Assembly: GCA_050084985.1 (NCBI GenBank)
Contig: JBITNC010000001.1
Span: 158,410,001-158,474,000 of the forward strand
Direction of reading: 5' to 3'
DNA length: 64,000 nucleotides
Origin: Nageia nagi
Lineage: Eukaryota; Plantae; Pinophyta
The position numbers and the translations under genes were made by a program. The notes under the pieces are model-generated. The model searched no databases. It saw only the letters and a program-made list of their open reading frames with translations, and had not been told where the DNA came from. Shown here one piece after another: positions 12,240-26,456 of this stretch (position 1 is its first letter; every line of letters begins with the position of its first letter).

Positions 12240-15006
12240 GTTTATAGTACAAGGGCAAATAGAGCAATAGAAGAGGCGACTGAAAGGGAGTTGAATAAAG
12301 AGATAGATCAAACTCTAAGAAGCCCAGTATCCGAATTCAACTTAGAAGGGTCCAATACTCCACCAACGCAACGTACTTCCCTAAGAGCCATTGTTACACC
12401 ACTGGGTTTTACTCCTAGTATCTCACAACCCCAATCGCACAACCTATTATACCATCAATTCAACCACCAATTGTTCAATTTACTAATTAGAATTAAAACA
12501 ATCCAATGGCGACAACTCCAGCATGGTTGGTGGGAAGACCTATCAATAGTGCAGGATAGGTGCATTAATGCCCAAAGAATCCGGATAGATTTTTGTCGAA
12601 GTTTATTCATGATGGACCAGTAACGGTGGAAGAGCATATTCACATGTACAAAGATAGCATAGGATGATTAGATGTGGTTCATGAAGATGTGGCTTGCCGC
12701 ATGTTTCCAAATACTCTAGATAGCATGGCTACTATGTGGTATGCTAGTTTACCTGAAGGATTGATAACTTCATGGACACAACTCGAATAATCATTTTTGA
12801 ATCAGTTCATTGTGCCCATCGATCCAAGTGTTCTATCCAATCAACTTGCACTGACTAAACATCAACCCCATGAGCCGCTTCGAAACTTCAACTAGAGATT
12901 TCAAAAAGTATACTCCAAACTCATGGATCCTTACAAAGTTGATGCACCATGTGCGTTCCAAATGTACTTAAGATCACTCGATGGTATGGCAACGACTTTC
13001 CTCAAGAGAGATGGTATAGTTACGACACTACCTATTGCCTATTCAGCGGCATTAAAGATTGAACAAGAGCTCAATGAACAAGGAGTCGACGAAATGAATG
13101 TGACCCCATGCAATCCATTCATCCATCCAATACCCATACTCAAAATTTGAGCATTGAAGGTGTGGTAAATCCTCAGACAATCCCACCCCAACCAATGAAA
13201 TTAGCGATTGATACAAGTTTAGCTATCAATCCAATTGCTCCTTTCTAGCCTACATTCCTAAATCCGACTAAACAAGTTGCGAATCCTAATGTTGACACCG
13301 AAATAGTTTGGGACAACAATGGAAAATTGAAGATCTTGTGAGGTTGGTACAGAATATGAGCAATGATATGACTCAAATGAAAATGAATTATAGTCATGGT
13401 AATCAAAATCAATAGAATGATAGAAGTCAAAATGAACAAGATCATAATCAAAATTATCAAGGTGATAGACCCAGGAATTTCAACTTTCCGAGGACAAATA
13501 GAACATGGAACATTGGTCCAAATAACGACGGTGTTCCAAATCCGATTGTCAACAATAATAATCATGTGAACAATGTTGATTTATCAAGTATAGGCTTATC
13601 CAATTGGTGTAGAGTTCACTCTACAACCTCACATGGAGAATCCAAATGTCTTGAATTCAATGCAACAATGAACGTTTTTCAACAAGAGATACAAAATATG
13701 GACATGACATCGAATGATGAGCCAAGTGCATCTCGGGGCAAACTCCAATCCCGTTCTAGTAATCAAGATGTCATACAAAGATGAAGATGTCCAGGAAGAA
13801 GAAACACCTGATGATGGAGTATACGTTGTAGGAACAATCTTTGAAGAAGTCTATCCAACGCACCAACAAACACCACAGGGCCAACATGCCTATAATTTTC
13901 GGTCAAGGGTAAGCAAAGAAAATGCAACTTCATCCAGACCTTCGAATAACATACAGATTCCGCTTGATCAAACTTCACTAGTTAATCCTCCACCACCACA
14001 TGTGCAACAACCTTTGCAAGTACCTGTGCAACATGTACAACCATTTGTACAAATCTCTTGTCAAGCACACAATCAGCAAGGAGAGACACAGTTCAAACTC
14101 AAACAGGTGATAGAGGAGAGAACAAAATCAGTACCACTGTCATACAATATCGTTGAAGATATAAAGAAACAAAGAGCAAATATGACGATGTATGATTCCT
14201 TAGATGATGAGATCCAACAAAAGCTGTTGCTCAATGAAATCAAGCAAAGAAGCATTAATGGATACCCAAGCCTTTGGATATAAAAACGATATCAATTCAA
14301 AAGAAGGGAGAAGAGATTAATGCCCCTTCATTTCTACTAATCTTTAGAATAGAAGGCAAGAACTTGCATAATTGCTTGGTAGATTTTGGAGAGTAGGGAA
14401 ACGCTATGCATATTGGAGTGGAAAAAGTTTAAAATGCCACTTTCAGATAGCCCTACAAAGGTCACTTAGTTAGACCAATCTGAGGTAAAGGTATTAGGAA
14501 TGTTGAAAGACGTGCACATACAAATAGCATTAGAACCACATATTCAACAAAGAGTAAATGTCTAGGTAGTGGAAATACAGGACACCTATGGGATGTTGCT
14601 TAGTAGAAAATGGTCAAGAGATATGAATGGAAATATCTGCATGGATTGGTCTCACATGTGGCTTCCATGGAGAGGCATTGCAAACCAGATAAGGGTCGAA
14701 AGAGAACCACGACTCAAACAAACGATTACAAAATATAATAATTTGAATGAGGTCCAATTCCTTGAAGTGGGAATGGGTGTCTATGAGTCAAATGAAGTCC
14801 ATCATCTGAATATGAAGCCAACAAAGAAGAAAGTCTTTGCAATCAGGCCTACAAAAGCCAAATCTAGAGCATACAATCCCCAAAGCACTGCAATGAAGGA
14901 ACGATGGACAATCAAGGTCAATGATCAAGCATCCAAATGCTTCGTGGGTAAGGATTCACCATTACCATATAATGGTGAACATTCTAAACCTTTCTTTCCA
15001 CCTTGA
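12240..15006 (+). pseudogene. Disrupted gag-protease of the Athila/OTA element
   Basis: Gag (VHEDVACRMFPNTL...WYASLPEG...WTQLE), Cys/His knuckle WCRVHSTTSHGESKC, protease LHNCLVDFG and downstream YGMLLSRKW...MDWSHMWLPW; many stops. Confidence 0.8.
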
Positions 15007-15743
15007 ACAAAGTTGAAAGTTGCAGTGTTGTACATAGTGTAAATAGAATAGCTTGTCCTGCTCTTGTTTTCAATTGCAGATATAATTAGCTTAGGTATCT
15101 TAACGAAATCAACAAGATTCTCAAGCATTCAAGCTCATTGATTGACATTGGTTTGCTACCAATTGGTGTAAGTCCGAATATAAGCTACCCTCATCATAGC
15201 ATACCAAGCTTAGGAACTAGTTGTTCCGACCCAGAGACTACAATTGGAACATACACTCTAGATGATACTAACAAATTATCTGATGTAATAGGTACTGACA
15301 TTGGTACCCTACCAATCGGTGCAAGTTCGAAAAACAGAGGGTCCTCAGAATCATAAATGATAGACAAAGAACATAATATAACAGTACAATCAATAAGCCT
15401 CATGCTTGTTGATGAAGTACGGACATAGGACTTAAGCCTTAAGCTTTTGTCCAATTGTGGTGAGTGATGAGAAAGACGAGGATATTAAGAATGATGTGAC
15501 TGCATCATTTGTATCCGTCTTGTGAGCTGGGAATGGTGGCCACAGTTATTTCTTTGGAACCTAGAGTACAATGTAGGTGTCCCGATGGCTACTCGATAAG
15601 CTAGTGAGAGTTCACTCACTTTAACGTAAATTGACAATACAATCGTTAGTGAATGCTAACATTGGATCATTCTCCAATGAACGACGCATATCACTGTGTA
15701 TCCTTTTTATATACTAACTTTGTTTTTGTTTTTATTTTGTAAT

Positions 15744-18700
15744 TGTTGTGCCCACACAACACACCCCAAAATACAAAATTTTGGGGCCTTATTTTTGCAA
15801 ATCTGGAGATCCACTTTCTAAGCAAGACAGTGAAGGGAGTTGATCAGGATGACAGGGCATTGATCATGAGTGTTCTGAAGCAACTGATAGCGTGATACTA
15901 CTAAAGATGGTGCACAAAGGTTATTCACAGGACACTGTGAGACAGTTCATTATGCCAGATAATCAATTCTGGAGCTTTCATGACTCCTAACTCTAAGGGA
16001 TGGTGTTCCTAAGTAGTTGGCATAGTTTTTGAAGATTGGCCAAGTGCAAAATGGGAAATTTAGTACCTTTGCTCTTGGAAATGGCCTAGAGTTGATTCAA
16101 ATGACCTTAAAGATGAGCCAAGTGCAAAATGGGAAATTAAGTACCTTTGCCCTTGGAGCTGATGATGGATCAATTGATCAAGTTGATACCCCCAGTGGTG
16201 AATGCAAAATCATTTTAATTGGTAAGTTTGATGACACAGAGTTATGGACAATCCAGTTTGAGGCACATTTGTGCTTGGAACTTTTTAGTTCCGATCAAAG
16301 ATGCTCCTCAGAGGACAAAAAGAAGAGTTAGAGGTCTATGCTTCCAAGGAGTGTGGAGTTGAGCCTACATGGAAAAATGAGTTTTTTCCACACAAATTGG
16401 AATGAAAATGTTAGCATACCCTTTTGAAGACCTTGCAAAATGACTAAGGTTTACTCTTGGAAAATTTGAAAAATGGACAAAATTATTGAGCTAATAGGTA
16501 GGCGCATGTTTTCCAACTTTTCCAAACCTTGTTAAGCATGTCAAGACATGGTAAATCAGTGCCTAGGATTTGGAGCCCCCAAATTGAGTCAAATTTGCAA
16601 TTTTTGAGCATGAGGAGATAGGTTGTACAATTCTAAACAAAATTGGTCTTTCAAGTTTGCTAATTGGACAAGTTTTGCTCCCTCAAAACATGTAAAAGCA
16701 GAAAAAATAGAAAAGAGGAATTGAGGGTGGCCAATGAGAATTCACCAAAAATTCTCAAAATTTATTTTTGCAATTTTAAGACATGAGCATTAAGATATGA
16801 CAAATTTATGAGCATTCACCTTAAAAAAATTGAAAAAATGCCAAAATTATTTATTTTGGAGCAAGGCGCACGTTTTCGAACTTTTCCCAAGTTTGCCAAG
16901 CATGTCAAGACATGAAAAACCTGCGCCTAGGAAAAGGAGCCTCCAATTTTGTCCATAATTGAAAATTTTAATCATAGGCACAGGGGAAATCCAATTTTGC
17001 ACAAGTTTGGTCTTTTAATTTTTGGAAAAAAAGAGATTTGCTCCTCCAAAATCATGGAAAATGGAGAGCCAATAGGAATGCTTGAAAATTTTCCAAAATT
17101 TTCAAAATTGAAGAGATAGGTAGGGTGGGGATCATAAAATTACACACCTTTGCTCTTGAAATTATTGAAAAAACTCAAAAAAACACCCTCCCGAAAGGTA
17201 GGCGCAAGTTTACCATGTTTTCCAACCCTTGACAACCTTGCCAAGCATGCCAACACTTAGAAAACCTGCGCCTAGCATTCTAGGGGCCTAAAAGTGTTTA
17301 AAATCCAAATTTTTGAGCTCCATGGGGTGCAAAATTCAATTCTACACCATTTTGGTCTTTGAAATGTGCAATTTGGATAAGAAAAACTCCTTCAAACCAT
17401 GGATTTGTCCTCCAAAATGGGGAAAATTAGAAGAACAGAAAAAATAGGAAACTCCAAATGAGCAAAATTTTGAGTCAAGATCCAAAATTTTAGAAATCAA
17501 CTTTGATAATTGATTTAAATACCCATTTCCATTGTGAACAATTTGGCTTTTGAAAAAAGAGCAAAATTATGCCCATAATGCCTAGGCGCTCATTTTCCAA
17601 GTTTTCCAAGTCTTGAGACTCTTGACAATTTGCCAAGTTTGTCCAAAACATCTTATGGAGCCTCCAAGATGCCCCCTCAAGAGAAAATCTTCAAATTCAA
17701 CGCCTAAAAGCTCCAAACCCTCTCAAAACTTGCCAAATACCTAATAATTCATGAGATGAAATCCACATTTTTAAATTTTTCTGAAATTGACCCCCCATCT
17801 TTTTCGAAAAATATAGACCAAAAAATCGACTTTTTTCGAAAAATGTTCTCAAAATTCCTTGAAAATTTACCAAAATGATCACATCAAAGGCAAATCCAGA
17901 TTGAAAGAAATAAGGAGCTCAAAAGATTAACGAATGGATCTAGAATGATGATTTGAAGCTCCAAATTTTGCCAAATTGATGCAAAATACCTCAAAATCCA
18001 TGCCAAAGGGCATCATTTTTTGTAAATATTTTATTTTCAAGCATATTTTATTGGGATGAGTATTGTTCTCCCACTAAATGACATTGCAATCTTAATTTAG
18101 CATTCAAATTAGCATTTTTTTAGTATTTTAGGATTTCTTCAGAAAAATCCCTCAAAAATACCTATAAATAAGTTGCATGGGGTCTCATTTTCACCAGAGC
18201 TCATTTTGTGAAAAAAGTGAAATTTTTGTAAAAGAGGAGCAAATTGATGTATTCTCGCATAACTCTTGTATAAGCTATATACAAAGTGATTAAGGTGTAG
18301 ATTGAGCTTGATTTGTCGTTTGTGGTGTTGTGAAATGATCCATAAGGGCTATCTTTGTTGGTTTGACACTTTCGCATCCTTCCTTTGAAAACTTATGAGT
18401 TTTAGGGAAAATATCATTGCATTTGAAACTAATCTTTGATAGTTGCTTGGTTCATAGCATGCATGTTAGATGAGGTATTTTGAGTTTGTTTCGTATTTCA
18501 TGACATCAAACTAGGAATTTCATCCAAACTCTAGTTCTTCCCATGTTCTTCCAACACATTCATTTGATTGTTCGCAATCAGTTGCACTTCTTGCTCCTTT
18601 TTGTAACAGTTCGAACAATAGTTGTTTGTTTACAAGTTGGATGAATTGGATGAAATCCTCTAAACCGATTCGAAAAGGATAAACGCTTTAGACAATGCTT

Positions 18701-19087
18701 TGTCGTGGTAATCAATTTGGTATATGACCACTTATTTGTTTCCGTTTCACAAGTGTAGTCTCTCATTTTATAGTATTACCTTTTCTTTTCTTTACTTTTT
18801 CATTTTCTTTAAGACTCATAGCAACTTCCGAACTATTGCACAACAAACACCTCGATTCCTATATAAATGTGTGTTAACAGTTACTACCTCTACTACACCA
18901 CTCAACTGATTCCCTAACAAGAATTTAAGCTTGTATTAACGACACAAGTTGCTTATAGAAACCTTGGGGTATCAGTCCTTACAAGAGGAGTTCAGTAATA
19001 CGTTCTCGCATAAATGTTGGGTAGCTTTCCTAATTTGATCATTTTCAAGGTGATCACCGAGTAAGAGGAAAGATTCCTTTCCCAACA
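15744..19087 (+). repeat. 3' LTR (3344 bp) with TATA box near 18163 and ~350-bp internal repeats
   Basis: TGTTG...CAACA termini; CCTATAAATA at 18161-18170; three related units of about 350 bp between roughly 16440 and 17380. Confidence 0.9.
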
Positions 19088-20599
19088 ATATACATCATAT
19101 ACAACATGAAAAATACATTATGTCATACAAAATTTGACAACTAAAGAACTTTTGCTTAATACCTGATCCTCTATGTAAATTTCCAAATTTGTAACCAATT
19201 TGTTGGATAAATGTGTTTTTCGTGATGAATATTAGGAACAACTTATTCAACACCATAAGAATTTCATGAGTATGTTCCATGTAAATGACTTGTTGTATGC
19301 AAGAAAAACACACAACACCTAAATACACTTAGAAGACAATGTTCAACATAGAGAATAGAGAATACTTCATATAGAAATAGGAATATTTAGAGAGTAAAAA
19401 GTTTCAAGCTTTTTTTGGAATTCCCTTAGAAACTTGAATTCTCTACCAGGGGTACCTCAAATTTAAGGGTAGATTGATTTTCGTATTGAGATCTTTATAT
19501 AATTTATTAATTTGAGATATTATTTCAGATAGCTTCTCTCTCATGGGTATTATATATCATATCAATTGACATTAAAACATATCCTTTGCATCTTTGGAAG
19601 CCAAAACAGAAGAAAGAGTAAATCAGTTTTTGTGTGGAATATTAATTTAGATTTGTTGTGAATTTAAATTATTTAATACAATTTTTTAGTAATTTTATTT
19701 GTGTTAATTTTGAGCCTTTTGCAGCTTGGAAAACTTGGTTTGAAATCTCATCTTTCAGTCATAAATACTTATTCAAAGATACAAAATTTGAGAATATTGT
19801 AAGTCATAGTGCTTAATGGAAGGAGGTGATCATGTTCATGATTTGTTTCAAACAGGATAGAATAAAAATCACAATAACAAGCTAGGGAAATTTTTAGCCA
19901 CGAATCTTTGCTTATAAGCAAATTTTAGGATTTCTAAATTTTTGATTTGGTGAATTTTGGGAGTATGGGCCGGTGCACAGTTTCCAAAATTTTGTAGATT
20001 TTTTAAATTATGAGGGTCGACTTGCCAAAAAATTATAAGCCTTTATATATATTCATCAACCCAACGAATTAGATTATAGAAATAATTGGCAAAATTTTAG
20101 GAATTCAAAAAAGATGTTTATCTTGTTTTAGGCTAAACAAAAGGCATTTATTTCCTTTAAGAGGTAAAGATAAGGCGGTAGGGGGAGTTGGATTGTGAAG
20201 CTGAAGGAGAGATTTTCTTGTTAGCAATGCTATTGATGGTTTGACAAGATGGTGATGGAAGGCATTTGATAACATTTATCTTCTTGTGCAGATCGTTCTC
20301 TCGGATGGTCGTCTCCTGAGATAGGCTCCACAAGTCATGATCATCATCTCAAGATATGAAGATCTTAAAACTACGTCTGATTGGCATTCAAAAGGTTTTA
20401 TCCATATTTTGCAATATTTTTTAGGTGCCTATTTACCAAGACTTGAATATCATAAGTGTTGAGTCTGTCGACTCACACAATAGGTGTTTTATATGAAATT
20501 TATCCAACCAATAAAACTTAGCTAATTATCTCAATATAATATTATAACGAAAATCTATGAATGAATGATGTTGTCCTTTTAATGATTTTTTTTTAAATT

Positions 20600-21965
20600 T
20601 TTTAGTAATGGTGAAAAAAAGGTTAAAAAGCTTATATGGGTGAGTTGGGATCAAAAGTAGCGAAAGGAGATAATACCCCTTGGGTGAAAATCACTCCCTG
20701 ATTCCCCATTTCCAAAGAAGAAGGTACCTTGTGATGGCTATACTTTTTGGAACAACCCACACCATATTAAAAAGTTTTTGTATCAAGGGAGATGCTAGGT
20801 TATTGAGGATAGATCAAAAGTCAGATTTTAATATTATAAGTGGTTTAGTTGGAGAACCTTTAAAATATCACCAACTTTTCTCCTTACTAGCCCAAACAGT
20901 TTCGACCAAATATGGGAATAAAGTGTGCGATTACCTCTGGCTTCATAGACCTAAGAGAAGGTGGAAAACCTTGGAAGTTGAAGAGCTTCCAAACTTTCTG
21001 CAATAGTTCTTAAATCTTCGTAATAAGTTTGTGCAACTGTATTTTTTGAAACAAGCTAAAGATGGAGATGCCTTTATCTGGCAAAACTAGAAGGGAGGCT
21101 CTTACACAGTTAAATCTGATTATAATATCTTGGAAGGAGAAGGATAGGGTTGGTTTCTGGTGTCCAAGGTATGTATGAAAGACCTTACCTTGAAAATTGC
21201 ATTTATATTTTGGCTTGCAGTACAAAATAAAATTTTAACCTTGGACAATCAAAAGATTAGATGTTTCTATTTGTCAAATAAATACATATTGTGTAAACAT
21301 AATGAAGAATTTGTGGATCATCTCCTAGCAGAATGTGGCTTTATGCAGTATTTGTTTATCATTTCCATGGTCCATTCTAGGTTATTTGGGTTCTCCCTCA
21401 AAATTTTGAGGACTTTTATCTTTAGTGGGACAAACCTTTTAAGAGCGTCTCAATAAGATTTGGGATTTCAACCCCCTCATATTCAATGGGGGGTATGGAA
21501 AGAGCTCAATCACTGTATCTTTAAGGAGAAAAGAATGGAGGTCTCTCTTCTAGTACATAGAATTGCATAGATGGCTATGGGGAATTTGAAGATTATGAAG
21601 TTTAAGGATGTATGGGATTATGATATGGAATCCACAATCTTGAGGAACTAGGGAATGAAGAATAAATATGATCCTCCAATAACATATCCTAAATAGTAAT
21701 TGAAGTGGACCCCCCCTCTGGTTGGATGGATAAAACTCAATTTTGATGGAGTCTTGAAAGGAAACCGTTGACTTTTAGGAGCTGGGGGAGTTTTTAGGGA
21801 TCATTTGGGGAACATGATCCTTATTATAGTTGAGTCTTTGAGGTTTGAAACCAACCACTTTGCTAAGGTAAGAACGACTTTTTTTTTCTTATCCTTCCTT
21901 GAAAAGCTAAACTATAAAAAATCGGTATTGGAAGGGGATTTATAAAATACTGTTAAAATATTGAA
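20600..21965 (+). mobile_element. L1 LINE ORF2 C-terminal fragment (zf-RVT + RNase H), decayed
   Basis: WVSWD, KIAFIFWLAVQNKILTLDN...CKHNEEFVDHLL.EC and WTPP.VGWIKLNFDG...GAGGVFRD...LEGD motifs. Confidence 0.85.
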
Positions 21966-23340
21966 TGAATCCTCTCCCCCCAATATTAAATATAGAAGGA
22001 ATGATGGTGGAAGAAAGAAAGAAAGTATATTAATGTCCACAGATGACCAAAAGCAGTCAATGGGACTGTCAAGTACAATCATGCTCATGATGCTAGCAGA
22101 GCCAAAGATGGGCAACAACTAGAGAAAAACCTAAAAACATAGAAAACGACATAAACTAATACAATCACATAGAAGTCTCAAACCTAGAAGCAAGGGAAAC
22201 ATCATCTAGAACCACCAAATGGAGGTCGTCCTGGGTGTCTCTAGGGAGAGAGTATGGTGGTACATTTTGCATTGTAAAGGGTTATCAATGAACTATGCTA
22301 GATATGCTTGTGCAATTGCCGATGATCAAGAAGGAGGATGTGATATGTCATGTCGATTATGTGGTCGAAGTGCGCTGGATACATCTCCTAGTCCATCGAA
22401 GTGGCTGAGTAGGCTCGTCTTGATCTCTCTTGTGAGCTCCTTCAGGAGAGGGAGCTTGGAAAAATGATGTGATGCGTTAGACCTCGTTCAGATCGCTTGA
22501 GAAGGCGTTTCCAAAGGAGGAAGGCCTCTTGAAAATACAAAGCCAGGCAACATTGGTCTAGGTATAAGAGAAATGTGGCTAGCGATCTACTAGAGTCTCG
22601 TAAGAGAATGATATCAGCCTCGAATCTCGTAATAAACAAAGCACCGAATGGCGAAGTGGTCCTCGGACTTGGTCTCAAGAGAACAAAGGTGGCAAACTTG
22701 TAAATCTTAGTCTATGTGGTGATCTGTCTTAATCCTCAACCGGTGAGAGCAAACTCAAAATTGTCTGAGGAACATTCTCAACCCAAGAGGGAGATGTAGA
22801 CTGGTGTACCCAGGTAGAAGGATCAAGCCTCTATCAATCTAAAGGTAGTCTCGTGCTTAGTGATCCAACTTGGGTGCCAACATTTGTGGGGGAGACACTC
22901 AGGTGGTTTGAATGAAAGATCTATATTTAATCTCTCAGATCGTGGTCAAAGAGTTAGTTGGGGTCCTAGATGAGTCCTCCGATGGTAAGTAATCTCTTTG
23001 GAGAAAAACCAAATCATTGAAGCATCTCCGAAATCTCTGCAAACCAACATCGACAACAACCCTACCTAACTAAATCAATCGACGAGGCCAGAGCTTGAAT
23101 TAGAAACCTATCTGTATCCCCCCTATGGGAAGATAAATGTTGGAGGCGACGAAGATAGAGGACTATGTAAGCGAAGGGCCCACGCCAAGACGGACTGACA
23201 ATCGAACTCCGCAAGAATGATAAGATGTGGTACCGTCCGCTTACTCCGAATGAAACGAGAAAGCAAAGTGACCAAGATTCGCTCTTGCAAGGTCCAATCC
23301 GCAACTCTCAAGCTGGAGCCCCAAATCTCAATCCCACATA
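21961..23340 (-). mobile_element. Second RTE-X-like LINE, 3' fragment
   Basis: GIEIWGSSL...ERILVTLLSRFIRSKRTVPH.IILAEF is homologous to the 9709-11468 copy; it continues into a 3' UTR ending in a short ATTCATTC-type tail near 21961-21970. Confidence 0.8.
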
Positions 23341-24855
23341 ATCTCATCATGCAACATAATTTGAGAGGGGTGAATCATGTGGAAGATGGTGTAATAAATA
23401 TAATGGTAACCTCATTGATTACAATCCCATGCATTGCAATTATGGCCTTAATGCAAAGTGAAATGGCAATGTTAACCTTTTGCGCCTTAGGAATCTAATT
23501 CAATGAGAAGTATTGTTCTGCCCTATAAGTCAAAATGGTTGGATCATCGCCATCAAATTTTGGAAAATCTAACTTGGTTGTTCTTGGGAGAATGAATGCT
23601 TGTTGAGGACCCTAGTGCATCTGGTGTGGTTGTCCTACCGACTGTTGAGAACTCGAACTTGATGGTGTGCCCACATTTATCAACTTTGCTTGATCTAGTT
23701 CTAGGTTCTTGCTTAAAACACTATATTTGGCATCTAGCCTTGCTATTGTTGTGGATACATTGTCAAAGGTAGTTTTGAGGTTGACTTGACTCAACATATT
23801 ACTAATTTGGTTAACCTGTAGGGACAATTTGTCGAAGTCTTGAGATCTTCCATTAGCAATATGAAAAATTATCAAAATAGGCTAGGCCTCGACTTACTAT
23901 TTTTATAAATTGCTATTTTTGGAATACTGAAATAGTATATGGGTGCTATATATCAAAATGATCAGCTTGGAATAATAAGCACAATGGTATAGGTCTCAAA
24001 ATGATGATTTTGGAAGTTCGGAACCTTTTTTAGCTAAAAAATTGTTACCAAAGGTAACCAGCAGTTGCTCTCAGATTTTGCTAATGCTTCATGATGTAGA
24101 AGATATCAGCTTTTGAAGTTTTTACCAATTTTGGAAATTGCTATTTTGGGTGCTCAAACAAAGGGTTCCTTAAAATGAACGGTTTCACAATACTAATGGA
24201 TCAAACACAATCTAAAACCCAATACAGAGTAAACATTTGGACGGAAAACACAACCCAATATACCAAATGGATCGACTTAGAAGAGGGTAACACAATATGG
24301 GTTCAAAATTTAACACGAATTTCTAGAAAAAAATTGGTAGAGTTTCGTTTTAAAAATGGACAAAATCTAGGTTTCAATTTTGACTTCAAAAAAAAGTAAT
24401 TCAAATCTTCAAATCTGTCCATAGGTAGCCAAAATCAAAGCTCTGATACCAATTGTTAGGAATCTAGAAGCTCTTAAAAGAGATTTTAGCCAAAATAGCA
24501 ACAAAATATGAAATATCAATAGATTTGTAATGCAACAAAATGTACAATTCGAGCAATGCAATTCAGAATGACAAGAAGATAGCAGAATAGGATAACTTTA
24601 CTGAATAGTAATACGAATTGCAGGTTGCTTTAAGGGGGCTTCCTTCTTACAACTCAAAAGACAAATATATTTTTGAAGATGATATCTCTACCCCTCTTTA
24701 CACAATAGTCATGCTATCGTAACCCTAATTGGTGGTTCATTACAAAATGTTGATTCACCTTACAAAAGTATGACGGTTCACATCATAAGTCAGTACAAGA
24801 TGATAATTAAATAAACTACTAACATAAGTAAATGTTAGTATATGGGATCCTAACA
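23341..24855 (-). mobile_element. Truncated chromovirus-type LTR element: 5' LTR, PBS, leader and start of gag
   Basis: LTR 24454-24855 with TGTTAGGA...TCCTAACA termini; iMet PBS (GCTCTGATACCA on plus) at 24440-24451; gag motif KLDFPKFDGDDP...RAEQYF at about 23500-23600. Confidence 0.8.
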
Positions 24856-25880
24856 TGAGTAGAATGGTACATGGTTTATATAGCATTAGACAATGAAAGA
24901 AGTTTGCAATTTATGGTCAACATGGAAAAAACAGAGATAGATTCACAAGTAGTTGATTGAGAGCTATCTATCCTCGACAATTGGTCCATTCTGATATATG
25001 TATGCTATGCAAACACAAAACATTAGTGAGTCTTACTACATTACTTCCATTAATCATTATACAAGAATGGTTTGGGTTTATTTCCTTTATGCCAATGTAG
25101 ATGGATTTACGACCTTTAAGAAGTTAAGAGAAATGGTTGAGAAGCAAAGTGGTTATGGGGTCATGAGGACAGATAGAGGACGTAAATACAAATCAAAGGC
25201 ATTCAATGATTATTGTGCATGCAATGGGATTAGATGACAATTGATTGCTGCCTATTCTCAACAACATAATGAGGTTGACGATATGGAGAATACAACAATT
25301 GTGGAGATGACTATAAACATGTTAAAGGCAATAAAACATTGAGCAATCAATATTGGTCTGAAGCAGTTGGTACAACAGCATGCGTTATATGGGAGTCCTA
25401 CAATGGTAGTGAAAACAAAGCACTTTATGATGTATGCTTTGGTAAGGAGCCTACTCTTCAGCATTTAAAGTATTTGGTTGGTTGGTGAATGTGCATGTGA
25501 ATGGCAAGAAGAGGAGGCGATTACATCTAAAAGCCAAGGTTGTATGTTTGTTGGCTGTTATGGTGAAACTAAAGCATAACGGTGCTATGATCCCCATGAA
25601 AAGTAGTTGATAATTTCTAGAAATGTGTCTAGTGGAGTTACTAATGGTACTGGAATCACGAGTGTGTCTACATGACACAGCAACCTAACAAGCACAAACA
25701 AAGGTAAGAGAACATTTCAAGCACACCCACCTAATCAATTGTCAGATCAAATTTCAATAGAAAATTTATTACTGGTCATGTTGGGCACAAAAGTAGTTAA
25801 TAATGCATTGTTATTGAATATGATATTGAACCATCAATAAATAAGGATGCAAGCCAGAAGAAAGAGTGGATCAGTGCTCT
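24856..25880 (+). pseudogene. Highly decayed Ty1/copia integrase remnant
   Basis: QLVHSDIC, YTRMVWVYFL...F..FKKLREMVEKQSG...MRTDRGRKYKS..FNDYC..NGI motifs. Confidence 0.75.
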
Positions 25881-25899
25881 TTGTAATCACATCATCAAA

Positions 25900-26450
25900 G
25901 ATTCTTTATGTGAAATGACAAATAGGTTTTCAATCTAACCATCGGACAACTCATCATGGTCAGGCTTATCTCAATGTAGGTAATCTTTATGTCTGTACTT
26001 TACTCAAGCTTTGTGGTATGGTATTGCTCTATCATGGCAGAATCTAAGAGTATTTATGTGAAAAAGGACAACTAAATGTATTTTAGAATGCTTTTCGAGA
26101 AAGCAAAAACAAAGATGATTGTTGCTTCATAGGATTTTGACAGGCAATTGACATGGTATCTGGGGCATTTGTTACTCCAGAACATAAAAGTTTCTTTAGT
26201 CTTGACCGTTTATTAAAGAGTAGGACCGATCCACACTTTATCACATAGAAGGTGAAGGACAATTAATTCTATGGCAACATATGTATTACTTGCTTATAAT
26301 CTTGGTAAGTTCCAATACTGATGATAGTGAAGGAGAGAACTTATAACACATTCCATCTTTTTCTTCCTATGTTAATGAAATATTGTTGAACTTACACAGC
26401 GCATGTGCCTTCAAGCCAGTTATGTTTTATTACAAGACATTATCAAGGAC
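25900..26450 (+). pseudogene. Very old RTE-type RT remnant
   Basis: QIGFQSNHRTTHH and CCFIGF*QAIDMV resemble the QAGF..HRTTDH and CCFVDFRKAFD motifs of the RTE-X-like copies. Confidence 0.45.
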
Positions 26451-26456
26451 ATTATA

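Larger units (their letters stand above)
8401..19087 (+). mobile_element. Athila/OTA-type Ty3/gypsy LTR retrotransposon, non-autonomous (gag + protease only)
   Basis: LTRs TGTTGTG...CCCAACA at 8401-12095 and 15744-19087; TSD GTATA/ATATA (one mismatch); PBS TGGCGCTAGAAGGAGGG at 12101-12117 complementary to plant tRNA-Asn; gag and protease remnants; no RT or integrase; no PPT before the 3' LTR. Confidence 0.88.

Noticed and set aside
20292-20394. AG/GT-bounded segment as a candidate mS37 5'-UTR exon
   Set aside because: Lies in unassigned repeat-like sequence; splice-like dinucleotides alone are insufficient.
19446-20682. hAT-like TIR pair CCAGGGGTA / TACCCCTTG
   Set aside because: No 8-bp TSD, and the right arm lies within L1-derived sequence.
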